Below are positions 8,620-17,180 of a stretch of 64,000 nucleotides of DNA, piece after piece. The translations under genes and the position numbers were made by a program. The stretch's first letter is position 1. Each line of letters begins with the position of its first letter. The notes beneath the pieces were generated by a model. That model searched no databases. It had not been told where the DNA came from and saw nothing but the letters and a program-made list of their open reading frames with translations. Source of the stretch: a virus (lineage: Duplodnaviria > Caudoviricetes); IMG/VR virus record IMGVR_UViG_3300008107_006173; one strand, 5' to 3'.

Positions 8620-9441
8620 TTAACTTATAATTGCTCTGTCTTGAACTCTACGCCAATTGGTACCGTCATAAAAAGCCATCGTTGCGCCGCCAACTTCATT
8701 ACTGACAAATACCATATCACCAGGCGTTGATCCTGAAATTGCTAAAGTTTCAGCCACTGTGTAACTATCATGTGATGTAGGTAGTCTAGTATCGGCACTA
8801 ATTAAACCGTAATTACTATTTGCAACATTAGATGCTTGTGTAACAAGTCCATAGTCTGTTATAGTCTCGCCAATTGTAGAAAACGATAAGTTTCCTGAAC
8901 CATCTGTTATAATAGCTTGGCCGGTGGTGCCATCCAATATTGGTAGTACATAAGCGTTAGCCACTGTAACACTAGTACCTTCAACTTTAAAGACTTCACT
9001 AGTGTTGTTCGAACCGTAGACTTTGAATACTGGATTAGTATTACCAGTATTATCACGGACACGGATAACTGTTCCTGTGCCGTTGGCATGTTTGAGATCT
9101 AAATATGCGCCGGAGTATTTGATGGATGGATTGGTACCTAATCTTACACTACCGTTAACGAATAATTTTTCGTTTGAGCTAGTAGAACCAATACTTACTG
9201 TATCGTTTGAAGTATCTACAAACAGCGTACCATTATCAACGTTTAATGCCGTCAGCGTAGAACCAATGCTTGTCCAAGCATTAGCATTATATACTTGTAG
9301 TGTTGAGTTGGATTTATCTACCCAAATATCGCCTGCGTCTGCGCTGGCAGGTAGAGATGAATTGCCATGAATTCGAGCACCAGTTTTTCCAACCTTAAAT
9401 TCCGGTTGTGTGGTACCCTTAAAGTTACCAATAATAGCCAT
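8620..9441 (-). CDS. Short fibre-like structural protein
   Basis: ATG at 9441; GDIWVDKS..LQVYNANAW, LFVDTSNDTVSIG and the C-terminal MAFYDGTNWRRV are fibre-type motifs. Confidence 0.7.
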   Translation of the reverse strand: MAIIGNFKGTTQPEFKVGKTGARIHGNSSLPASADAGDIWVDKSNSTLQVYNANAWTSIGSTLTALNVDNGTLFVDTSNDTVSIGSTSSNEKLFVNGSVRLGTNPSIKYSGAYLDLKHANGTGTVIRVRDNTGNTNPVFKVYGSNNTSEVFKVEGTSVTVANAYVLPILDGTTGQAIITDGSGNLSFSTIGETITDYGLVTQASNVANSNYGLISADTRLPTSHDSYTVAETLAISGSTPGDMVFVSNEVGGATMAFYDGTNWRRVQDRAIIS

Positions 9442-9511
9442 CAATGTCCCCGGTCAGTTCAGTGAAAAATCACTGTCAATGGCATGTGCCATTGTCATTT
9501 TCCGTTAAAAC

Positions 9512-9519
9512 TATTTATC
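9512..9519 (-). promoter_or_regulatory. Late promoter GATAAATA
   Basis: Intergenic motif about 70 nt upstream of ATG 9441. Confidence 0.65.
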
Positions 9520-9537
9520 AGGAACAATAAAAAACTA

Positions 9538-12500
9538 TTATATTAGAGCTTCCACAACGCCGGTGCCACCGTCTAGTTTATCAGTGATAGCTTTACCAAC
9601 TATAGCTGCTGCCGGCACGCTGCGTGGTTCTAAAGATGCTACAGCATATCCAACAAGTCCTTCGCCTGATGATACTAGCACATCACCTTTACGAACAACA
9701 CCTTTAACTTTTACTGGTACACGGCCTCGTAATGCAATACAAGCTACTGTTGGACCAGTTAATCCGTCGTTCATAACGTGAGCAGGTTGTGTAGTTACTA
9801 CACCGGCAACTCGAGTTGATTCGTGTGTTCTAGCCGCAGTAACTTCTGCTTCTCCGCCGAATACAAGAACAGTACCCGGCAAGTAATCTGCATCTGCGAG
9901 ATAGTTTTCTGCCAAGTCAGCGTAACGTGCGCTGGTTGCTGTTGCTGTAATAACGTTTGCTGCAAAGTTGCCGCTAGCATCTCTAACTACCGCTTTACTT
10001 GCTGTATTAGTTGATGTGAAGATATTAGTGTCAGATAAGTTAACTGCTACATCATTAGCACCAACTGTGATACCCTGACCAGCACCAACTTCAAATGTGC
10101 CGCTGCTGTATACTAATCCACTACCACCAACTAGATATGCATCCATACGAGCATTAGCTTCAGCTGCACTTGGTCCAGTGTATGTAAATACGCCTGTTGT
10201 GCTATTGTAGCTAAAGCTACCATCGCCGCCTGCATCTGTTGCACTTACTAGACCTCTTGCATAAGCAGTATTAATAGCAACATTGTCTGCGTTTACTGTA
10301 ATACCGTCGCCTGCGCCAATGTTTAATGTTACTGCGCCGCTTACGCCACCCCCAGTTAAACCATCGCCAGCAGTTACACTTTCAATATCACCTGCATCAT
10401 TTGTAAAACTAAACACACCTGTTGATGCGTTGTAATTTAAATCACCTGTGGCACTAAATTGACTTCTAACATGTGCAACGTTTACAGATACATTGTCAGC
10501 ATTAACAGTAATGCCTGAACCTGCACCAACACTGATATTGCCACTACTATATGTTAGACCATTACCGCCAATGATGTATGCATCCATTGAACTATTAGCA
10601 CGAGCAGATGTAAAGTATAGGTTTGATCCTTCAGCTAAGTTGCTAGTAGTAAACGCACTCATGTTAACTGCAACATTATCAGGGTTTACAGTAATACCTG
10701 TACCGGCGCCAATGTTTAGTGTAACATCGCCGCTGATGCCGCCGCCAGTTAAACCATCGCCTGCGGCAACTGCGGTAATATCTGCGCTTAATCCTGCAAT
10801 AGATACTGCATTACCTGTATTCGTTACAGTAACACCGTTAGTACCGGTAATTGTTAAAGTATGACCGCTACTAATTGCAGTCTTAGCACCAGCGCCGCTG
10901 TCTGTTTGAACGCTCCAACTACCGTAGTTGTCTGCGGTTGTACTAATAACACCAGTACTAGAATTAACATTAATTAAGCCCGTGCCGCTGAACAATCCTC
11001 TAACGTCAGAATTACTTACTCCGGTGTAGCTAATAACACCATTAGCATAACTTAGGTTGCCAAAACCACTTAGATTTGAAACACTAAATTCATTTTTAAT
11101 TGCAGTAATATTACCAGACATAGTAATAACATTACTAGCTTCAACCGCTGTTAGATATGCCCCGGCATCAATACTTTTAATACCGTGATAATAAACGCTA
11201 ACATTATCAATTGGAACGATTCTAGATCCGGCGTAAATATTAATACCTGTTGTGCCTACGTCCTCAACTTGGCCTACGTCACTGTCTGCTGTTAGCTGTA
11301 CAGGATTACCATTGATCACAATAAAGCAGCTATTTGAACTTGGATTTACATAAATTGAGTTGTTAACATTAGCACTTGTAGTTGATGGTACAACTAGATC
11401 GCCGGTAAATGTTTTTACTCCAGCAATACTTTGATTGCTTGTAGTACGAACTACACTAGAATCTACAGCAACATTGTCTGTGTTTACAGTAATACCATCG
11501 CCTGCGCCAATATTGATATTACCAGTCGTATATGTAAGACCGTTGCCGCCGATTATATATGCATCAATCGCAGTATTAACTCTGCCAGTTGTAAAGTAAA
11601 GATTGTTACCTTCAGCTAAATCTGTTGTGCTAGTTGGAATTAAATATTCTGTAGTGCCGTTATTAGTAAACTTCCATGCGTCTGCTTGACCGTCCCAAAG
11701 AAGATATGTATCACTAACATTGCCACGCTCAACAATAATACGTGCATTACCATCGAAAGCTGCATTTGATCTTAATACAATATTTGCATCTTGGACTAAT
11801 AAATCAACAACTGTCAAACTGTTAATATTTGCTGTTACATCTAAGTTACCTGTGATTGAAACATTGCCAACAAAAGAAGTATTACCAGTAATAGTTTGAT
11901 CACCACTAGTTCTAATCACTGTGGTATCTACAGCAACATTATTACTAGAAATTTGTAAGCCATCACCTGCGTTTACTGCATAGTATGCGCCGGTAGTGTT
12001 ATGAGAATAAGTTAAACCGCTTGCAGTTCTTGTTGTTACTGCATTAGCAGCAGTACCAGGATAAAATGTATTATGTAAATCTTCTAAGTTAGCATCTGGT
12101 CCAATGTTTAGTGAGTGTACATGTATTACATTTGAATATACTTCTTTAATCCAATTTGTACTATTACCAATTGAAGAAGTATTATTTGTTTCCGGTAATA
12201 GGTTAATATTAGCGGCTAAGATAATGCTATTTTCAAATGTCTTAACACCATAGATGTCTTGATCGCCGCTGGTGCGAACTACTGTGCTGTCAACACTAAC
12301 ATTATTAAGTCCTACTGTAATACCGTCACCGGCGCCTACATGTATAACACCATTTGAGTAAATTAAACCGTTGCCAGCAGCGTTACTATCTAGCGTGAAT
12401 ACACCGGTTGTACTGTTATAAACAAGACCATCAGTAGCACTAAAGTGAGCGCGAGTTTCACTAGCACTTGGACCGGTATAGGTAATGATGCCAGTAGTAT

Positions 12501-12969
12501 TGCTATAAGTTAATGAGCCATCGCCGCCAGAATCTGTTACACTAATAGCTGCTCTTGCGCGGCCAGTTGTATAATAAAGATTTGCACCTTCTGAAACAAT
12601 AGTGGTTGTTAAACCTGTAATGTTACTGCCATCGCCGCGGAACCAACCTGCTACAACATTACCAGTAGTTTCAATATTTGAATTAGCAGCAAGTTCTAAT
12701 GGTACGCTGATGACCAGTTTACCTGTGGTATTGCTGTATGAAAGATTTGCTTGAGTGTTATAACTGTTAAGACTTAGTATTGCAGTAGTGTTGCTAACTG
12801 CTGGATTTGCAGGATCAACGCTGTTAATTGTAAATGTATTACCTGCTAGATTTGTAACAGTAATAACATTTGTTTGTTCAAGCTGAGTGACATTACCTTC
12901 AATGGTAAGTTTGCCTTTGATAACCAGCTCTTCGTCAGCTTTTATAACAGTACGCTTTATTGTTGACAT
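9538..12969 (-). CDS. Fibre-like virion protein, paralog of 3832..7206
   Basis: Shares the TDAGGDGSFSY..GVFTYTGPS, GVFSFTNDAGDIE and TxDLAEGxNLYFT modules and the ARYADLAE...GRVPVKV C-terminal domain. Confidence 0.85.
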   Translation of the reverse strand: MSTIKRTVIKADEELVIKGKLTIEGNVTQLEQTNVITVTNLAGNTFTINSVDPANPAVSNTTAILSLNSYNTQANLSYSNTTGKLVISVPLELAANSNIETTGNVVAGWFRGDGSNITGLTTTIVSEGANLYYTTGRARAAISVTDSGGDGSLTYSNTTGIITYTGPSASETRAHFSATDGLVYNSTTGVFTLDSNAAGNGLIYSNGVIHVGAGDGITVGLNNVSVDSTVVRTSGDQDIYGVKTFENSIILAANINLLPETNNTSSIGNSTNWIKEVYSNVIHVHSLNIGPDANLEDLHNTFYPGTAANAVTTRTASGLTYSHNTTGAYYAVNAGDGLQISSNNVAVDTTVIRTSGDQTITGNTSFVGNVSITGNLDVTANINSLTVVDLLVQDANIVLRSNAAFDGNARIIVERGNVSDTYLLWDGQADAWKFTNNGTTEYLIPTSTTDLAEGNNLYFTTGRVNTAIDAYIIGGNGLTYTTGNINIGAGDGITVNTDNVAVDSSVVRTTSNQSIAGVKTFTGDLVVPSTTSANVNNSIYVNPSSNSCFIVINGNPVQLTADSDVGQVEDVGTTGINIYAGSRIVPIDNVSVYYHGIKSIDAGAYLTAVEASNVITMSGNITAIKNEFSVSNLSGFGNLSYANGVISYTGVSNSDVRGLFSGTGLINVNSSTGVISTTADNYGSWSVQTDSGAGAKTAISSGHTLTITGTNGVTVTNTGNAVSIAGLSADITAVAAGDGLTGGGISGDVTLNIGAGTGITVNPDNVAVNMSAFTTSNLAEGSNLYFTSARANSSMDAYIIGGNGLTYSSGNISVGAGSGITVNADNVSVNVAHVRSQFSATGDLNYNASTGVFSFTNDAGDIESVTAGDGLTGGGVSGAVTLNIGAGDGITVNADNVAINTAYARGLVSATDAGGDGSFSYNSTTGVFTYTGPSAAEANARMDAYLVGGSGLVYSSGTFEVGAGQGITVGANDVAVNLSDTNIFTSTNTASKAVVRDASGNFAANVITATATSARYADLAENYLADADYLPGTVLVFGGEAEVTAARTHESTRVAGVVTTQPAHVMNDGLTGPTVACIALRGRVPVKVKGVVRKGDVLVSSGEGLVGYAVASLEPRSVPAAAIVGKAITDKLDGGTGVVEALI

Positions 12970-13004
12970 TTAGAAGTCCCTACCAGAATTAAGTCTATTG
13001 TAAC

Positions 13005-13012
13005 TATTTATC
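13005..13012 (-). promoter_or_regulatory. Late promoter GATAAATA
   Basis: Motif about 36 nt upstream of ATG 12969. Confidence 0.65.
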
Positions 13013-13067
13013 AAAACATTTACCTAATGTTGATGAGTAAAATTCTGTACATAAAAAATGTTTAGTC

Positions 13068-13099
13068 AAAAAAAAGCCCCCGCTGTTTCCAACGAGGGC
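13068..13099 (-). terminator. Rho-independent terminator of the capsid operon
   Basis: Minus-strand RNA GCCCUCGUUG-GAAA-CAGCGGGGGC-U8: 10-bp stem with two G.U pairs and a GAAA loop. Confidence 0.9.
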
Positions 13100-13127
13100 C
13101 TTTCTTTTTTCCGTTAAGGTTTAAATC

Positions 13128-14270
13128 TTACTGGAATGATACGTTTGCAAGTGTGATTGCATCAACGTAGTCTGCTGCGTTACCAAGTGATGAAGCAGTA
13201 TTTGTTAGTTCCTTATAACCATAACGTGTCATAAAGCTAACTACTGGTTCAAAAGTTGCTGGATCCATTACTGGGCCTGTGCTCATTAATGGAATGTATG
13301 GGCAGTAGAATGCTGGAGCATCAGTTTCGCTTGAACCCTTGTAACCAACAAGTACCTTAGTACCGTCAGCTGCATAGTTGTCTACGAACACACGGATTGT
13401 ACCGTTCAATGTACCTACAAACTTGGTGTTTGTTGGTGCTTCGAATGTACCTTCTGTTGTACGAGCGAAAGTTGATGTTGTTGCGCTTTGTAGAATTGTT
13501 AGTGCTTCTGGGCTTACTACGATGTAGTTACCTGCACCACGACGTGTGCGAGCAGCAATTCTGTTTGCAGCGCGGTTGATTTCAATAGCTAGAACAGCAT
13601 GACGGTCACCAATGTATGTTGGTGTGCCTGTTAGGGAACCACCAAAATCCAATGTTGTACCTGCGCCAGCTAGTGAGCGTAGTGAACCGATAATTTCTTG
13701 GTCGATTTCAACTACGATTTCCTGTGCTAGAGCCTGCATGATTTCAGCTTCTACGTCAACGCCGTGCATTGCTTCTGCGTCTTGGGCAGCTTCAAATGTC
13801 CAACGTGCGCTTAGGCGTCTTGTCTTAGCTTCTACAGTTTCCTTGAGGATCTGAATGCTCATCTTACGACCAGCTACACCTTCAGCTGCTGCTGTAGCTG
13901 TTGGGCTACCTGCATAAGTTGAAGCTAGTAGGAATGGGCTTAGAGCTTCATCACCTGCTGTTGCGCCACCACCTGTCTCTGCGTAACGAACGCGGAGAGT
14001 GTGGATCTGGCCTACTGGGCCAGTCATTGGCTGTACACCAACTAGTTCGTTAGCAATAACGCTTGGCATTACGCGACGGATTAGTGGTAGCATTACCTTG
14101 TTTAATGTTGCGACTGAACCTGCACCTGTTGCACCTGCTGTAGCGGCCTCTGACAAATAACGCTTTGTATTTTCGAGGACTACATCCAATGAGTTCTTTC
14201 TGTTGCCAGATAGACCTTCTAGTAGGGCTTCTTTGGTTGCAGACCAGTTGCTTTCAAATAAATTTGCCAT
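13128..14270 (-). CDS. gp23: Major capsid protein (T4 gp23-like)
   Basis: LPLIRRVMPSVIANELVGVQPMTGPVGQIHTLR, VEAKTRRLSARWTFEAAQD, FYCPYIPL and SFMTRYG are gp23 motifs. Confidence 0.97.
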   Translation of the reverse strand: MANLFESNWSATKEALLEGLSGNRKNSLDVVLENTKRYLSEAATAGATGAGSVATLNKVMLPLIRRVMPSVIANELVGVQPMTGPVGQIHTLRVRYAETGGGATAGDEALSPFLLASTYAGSPTATAAAEGVAGRKMSIQILKETVEAKTRRLSARWTFEAAQDAEAMHGVDVEAEIMQALAQEIVVEIDQEIIGSLRSLAGAGTTLDFGGSLTGTPTYIGDRHAVLAIEINRAANRIAARTRRGAGNYIVVSPEALTILQSATTSTFARTTEGTFEAPTNTKFVGTLNGTIRVFVDNYAADGTKVLVGYKGSSETDAPAFYCPYIPLMSTGPVMDPATFEPVVSFMTRYGYKELTNTASSLGNAADYVDAITLANVSFQ

Positions 14271-14286
14271 CTCTTAACTCCTATTA

Positions 14287-15393
14287 TTATGAAAGTCCGG
14301 CTAATTTGCGGATTTGGTCTAATTCAACTACGTCCGCGTTGTCATCGGCTTCTGCTTTAACAGTTGCCTGCTTATTACCAGTGTGCTCACGCACAACTGA
14401 TTCTGACAAAGTCTTCTTCACTCTTGCTGTTTCGCCATCGAGTACACTTGGAAGATACTTGTTAAAGGTTTCTTCTAGCTTTTCTGTTTTGACTGACTCA
14501 AGTAAATCTGACATGATTTCTTTCTTCTCTTTGCCGAGAGGACGTAATAGTTCGTCTAGCTTTTGCTTACGAGCCATACGGTCTTCTGCGATTCGAAGTT
14601 TGCTTTCTGTTAGCTTCACTGTATCTTCTTTAGATGCAATAACTGCTTGACTTTCTGCTAACTTCTTCTCTAGGTCGGCGATTGTCTTCTGTACTTTCTT
14701 GATTTCTTTTGCTTCGTTTAAGTGGCTTGTACCAAATTCACTTGCAAATGCTTCAAAAATTCTACGTCCGAAGTCGTTCTCACGAGCCGCAGTGATGTCA
14801 TTGCGGAATGACTTAACTTCTTCACTGATAACACGATTGATTGTTGATTCAATCTTGCCAGCAGCTTTGCTGATAAAGTCTTTCTTTGCTTCAGCAAGCT
14901 GACGCTTGCCTTCGCGTACCATTTTGACCTTTTGCTCTACTAGTGCTTTCTTGTCTTCGTGGAATTCTTTTAGTTCTTCTGCTAGCTGTTCTGCAACAAA
15001 GTTATCTAACTTTGATACATGTTCAGCTACACGAGTACGGTCTGCACGCAATTCCTTAACTTCCTTTGCAACCATTTCAGTTACAAATTTGTCAAGTAGT
15101 TTAGCATGTTCACTTACGGCTTTGCGATACTTAACTCTTTCTTCTGCGAGGGCCTTTTTATCCTCAGCTAGCTCAGCTACTTCAGCTTCTACCTTCTTAT
15201 TAATGAAGCTTTCTACAGCTTCTACGATTAGACCTTTGTCATGCTCGTAACGCTGTGCGAACTCTTCACGAAGCTCTGCTGTTAATTCTTCTCTAGCTTC
15301 AGCAAGGCGTGACTCCCAGGCTTCTTGAACAGCCACACGGGCATCATTGCTGAGTCCGGCGCCTTCAAGTAGATCGTTAAATGTCACTGCCAT
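14287..15393 (-). CDS. gp22: Prohead core scaffolding protein (T4 gp22-like)
   Basis: Long charged coiled coil between the protease and major capsid genes. Confidence 0.85.
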   Translation of the reverse strand: MAVTFNDLLEGAGLSNDARVAVQEAWESRLAEAREELTAELREEFAQRYEHDKGLIVEAVESFINKKVEAEVAELAEDKKALAEERVKYRKAVSEHAKLLDKFVTEMVAKEVKELRADRTRVAEHVSKLDNFVAEQLAEELKEFHEDKKALVEQKVKMVREGKRQLAEAKKDFISKAAGKIESTINRVISEEVKSFRNDITAARENDFGRRIFEAFASEFGTSHLNEAKEIKKVQKTIADLEKKLAESQAVIASKEDTVKLTESKLRIAEDRMARKQKLDELLRPLGKEKKEIMSDLLESVKTEKLEETFNKYLPSVLDGETARVKKTLSESVVREHTGNKQATVKAEADDNADVVELDQIRKLAGLS

Positions 15394-15407
15394 AGTAGTC
15401 TCCTACT

Positions 15408-16031
15408 TTATAGTTTAAGTTCTCTAATGAGTTTAGTGATTTCACTCGTTAGATGTTTTTCTGCACTTTTATCGTAACTCACGGCGGCTGCTATTCTATG
15501 AACAGCGGCACCGCCGCGCATATTAAACAAACTCTCATAGATTGTTTTTGGATATGCGTCTGGCGCACTGGGCTGGGCCACAATGTCCACAGTAACTATA
15601 TCAAAGTCGGATACGCGACCCGAATCATTAACATTTCCGCTACCACGGCTACTAACGCCCAGTTTTGCTCCGGCTTTTAATAAAGCCCTTGCAATATTAC
15701 CCATAGGTGTATCTATGATCTTAAGTTTACCAATACCGTCTGCGCCATCACAATACATATCTGTAATCATATGGCTCACACGATCGAGATTGATTTGAAG
15801 TTCTTCAGGATGATCTAGTTCACCTAAAACTGTTTCACCCTTCTTTAATCTTTCTCTAATTGCATTACAGGCACGCTCGATCTCGTTACCGGGGTATACG
15901 CGACCGTTTTGATTCTTTATGTCGCCCTGGATAAAAAGACCCTGCATGAATAATTCCTTGCCGTCTTCACTTTCCATGAGCTTAAATTTACCCATTTCTG
16001 GGTTCATAAATTCATAAAGTTTGCGTGTCAT
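15408..16031 (-). CDS. gp21: Prohead maturation protease (T4 gp21-like)
   Basis: NQNGRVYP, LGELDHP, GVSSRGSG, DIVAQPSAPDAY. Confidence 0.95.
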   Translation of the reverse strand: MTRKLYEFMNPEMGKFKLMESEDGKELFMQGLFIQGDIKNQNGRVYPGNEIERACNAIRERLKKGETVLGELDHPEELQINLDRVSHMITDMYCDGADGIGKLKIIDTPMGNIARALLKAGAKLGVSSRGSGNVNDSGRVSDFDIVTVDIVAQPSAPDAYPKTIYESLFNMRGGAAVHRIAAAVSYDKSAEKHLTSEITKLIRELKL

Positions 16032-16051
16032 TATAATTTCCTCGCCTACAA

Positions 16052-16804
16052 TTAAGCCTTAGGTACGCTTACCTTAGCTGGTTTAATTCCCATGTTATTT
16101 GTAGGTGTGTGATCTTTAGCGTTGTTGGCACCTTTGTTGCCTTCGCCGCCGTCTTTGATCTTAGGAACTGACTGACCGCTTAGATTGAAGTGCTTCTTTG
16201 GTGCTGTGAAAGACTTTGCGCCTTCGTCAGCTGGAGCCTTAGGAGCAGCAACTTTGTCTTGTAGCTTTGTAGCTTCTTCAACAACTTCGCTGTCTTCTTC
16301 AATTTCTTCGTCTAGATCGTACTCAACTGAGTCCATCATTTTGTCTTCAGCGTCTTCTGCGTCGTCCATGCCCATGCCCATATCGGCATCTTCAGCATCT
16401 TCGTCGCCAGCCATTAGCTTTTCAAAGTCAGCGCGGAGTTCTTCTAGTTCTGCTTCTAGATCGTCAACCTTATCTTCTAGGTCGCCTTCACCTTCTTCAG
16501 CACCTTCTTCTTCGCCTTCTTCTTCATCGCCTTCTTCCGAAAGACCTGTTTCGTCGGCAGTAATTTCGTTTTGATCAGCTAGGATATCATCTTCAAAGTC
16601 GTTGCTTTGATCGATTGTTTCTTCTACTGATTCATCTGTTTCTTCAGCTGATTCTTCAACTTCATCTTCTGCTTCGAGTACACGCTCATATTCTGAACGG
16701 GCCTTAGAAACTACATATTCATGTAGCATTTCTTCAGCTTTTTCGTTCTCTTCGGCAAGAAGGAGTTCGAGAATCTGCTCTAATTTAGCTCTTGATTCTG
16801 ACAT
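16052..16804 (-). CDS. Highly acidic prohead core-like protein
   Basis: E/D-rich with a basic C-terminus; lies between portal and protease, like the T4 gp67/gp68 core genes. Confidence 0.65.
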   Translation of the reverse strand: MSESRAKLEQILELLLAEENEKAEEMLHEYVVSKARSEYERVLEAEDEVEESAEETDESVEETIDQSNDFEDDILADQNEITADETGLSEEGDEEEGEEEGAEEGEGDLEDKVDDLEAELEELRADFEKLMAGDEDAEDADMGMGMDDAEDAEDKMMDSVEYDLDEEIEEDSEVVEEATKLQDKVAAPKAPADEGAKSFTAPKKHFNLSGQSVPKIKDGGEGNKGANNAKDHTPTNNMGIKPAKVSVPKA

Positions 16805-16866
16805 TGTGGCCTCCTAAAATTAGAAAATACAAGATAGGGTACACTACAGGCACCCTTCTACAATAG

Positions 16867-16874
16867 TACTTATA
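16867..16874 (-). promoter_or_regulatory. Late promoter variant TATAAGTA
   Basis: One mismatch to TATAAATA, about 63 nt upstream of the core-protease-scaffold-capsid run. Confidence 0.5.
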
Positions 16875-16981
16875 GTTTAATGGAGTTTTTACCAGTAAAA
16901 TGGTATGTTTTTGAAGAATTTTGAAGAATTCGGCGTATTAAATTTATTTAGTAGCCAATATTCATTTATAAACTATGCAGT

Positions 16982-17179
16982 TTAGACTTGACTTTGCACC
17001 GGTTGTGCATACATCAAGCGAACAAATTTATCATGTTCAATTTGCTCTGCTTTTTTAATTTCGCGCACCTTGCGTAGCTTGTTTAATTGTTCTAAGGTGA
17101 GCTTAGGCTTACGAGTGTCGCCTATTTCTCGTTTCTGCCATGAATCATTTTCTGGATTATAAAATTCGTTTAGTCTCAT
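16982..17179 (-). CDS. 65-aa hypothetical protein downstream of portal
   Basis: The likely start is ATG 17179 (MRLNEFYNPENDSW...), 1 nt after the portal stop. The longer track start overlaps the portal gene. Confidence 0.75.
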   Translation of the reverse strand: MRLNEFYNPENDSWQKREIGDTRKPKLTLEQLNKLRKVREIKKAEQIEHDKFVRLMYAQPVQSQV

Positions 17180-17180
17180 A

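Noticed and set aside
16909-16930. Tandem 10-bp repeat ttgaagaatt
   Set aside because: Only two copies in an AT-rich spacer; plausible by chance or slippage.
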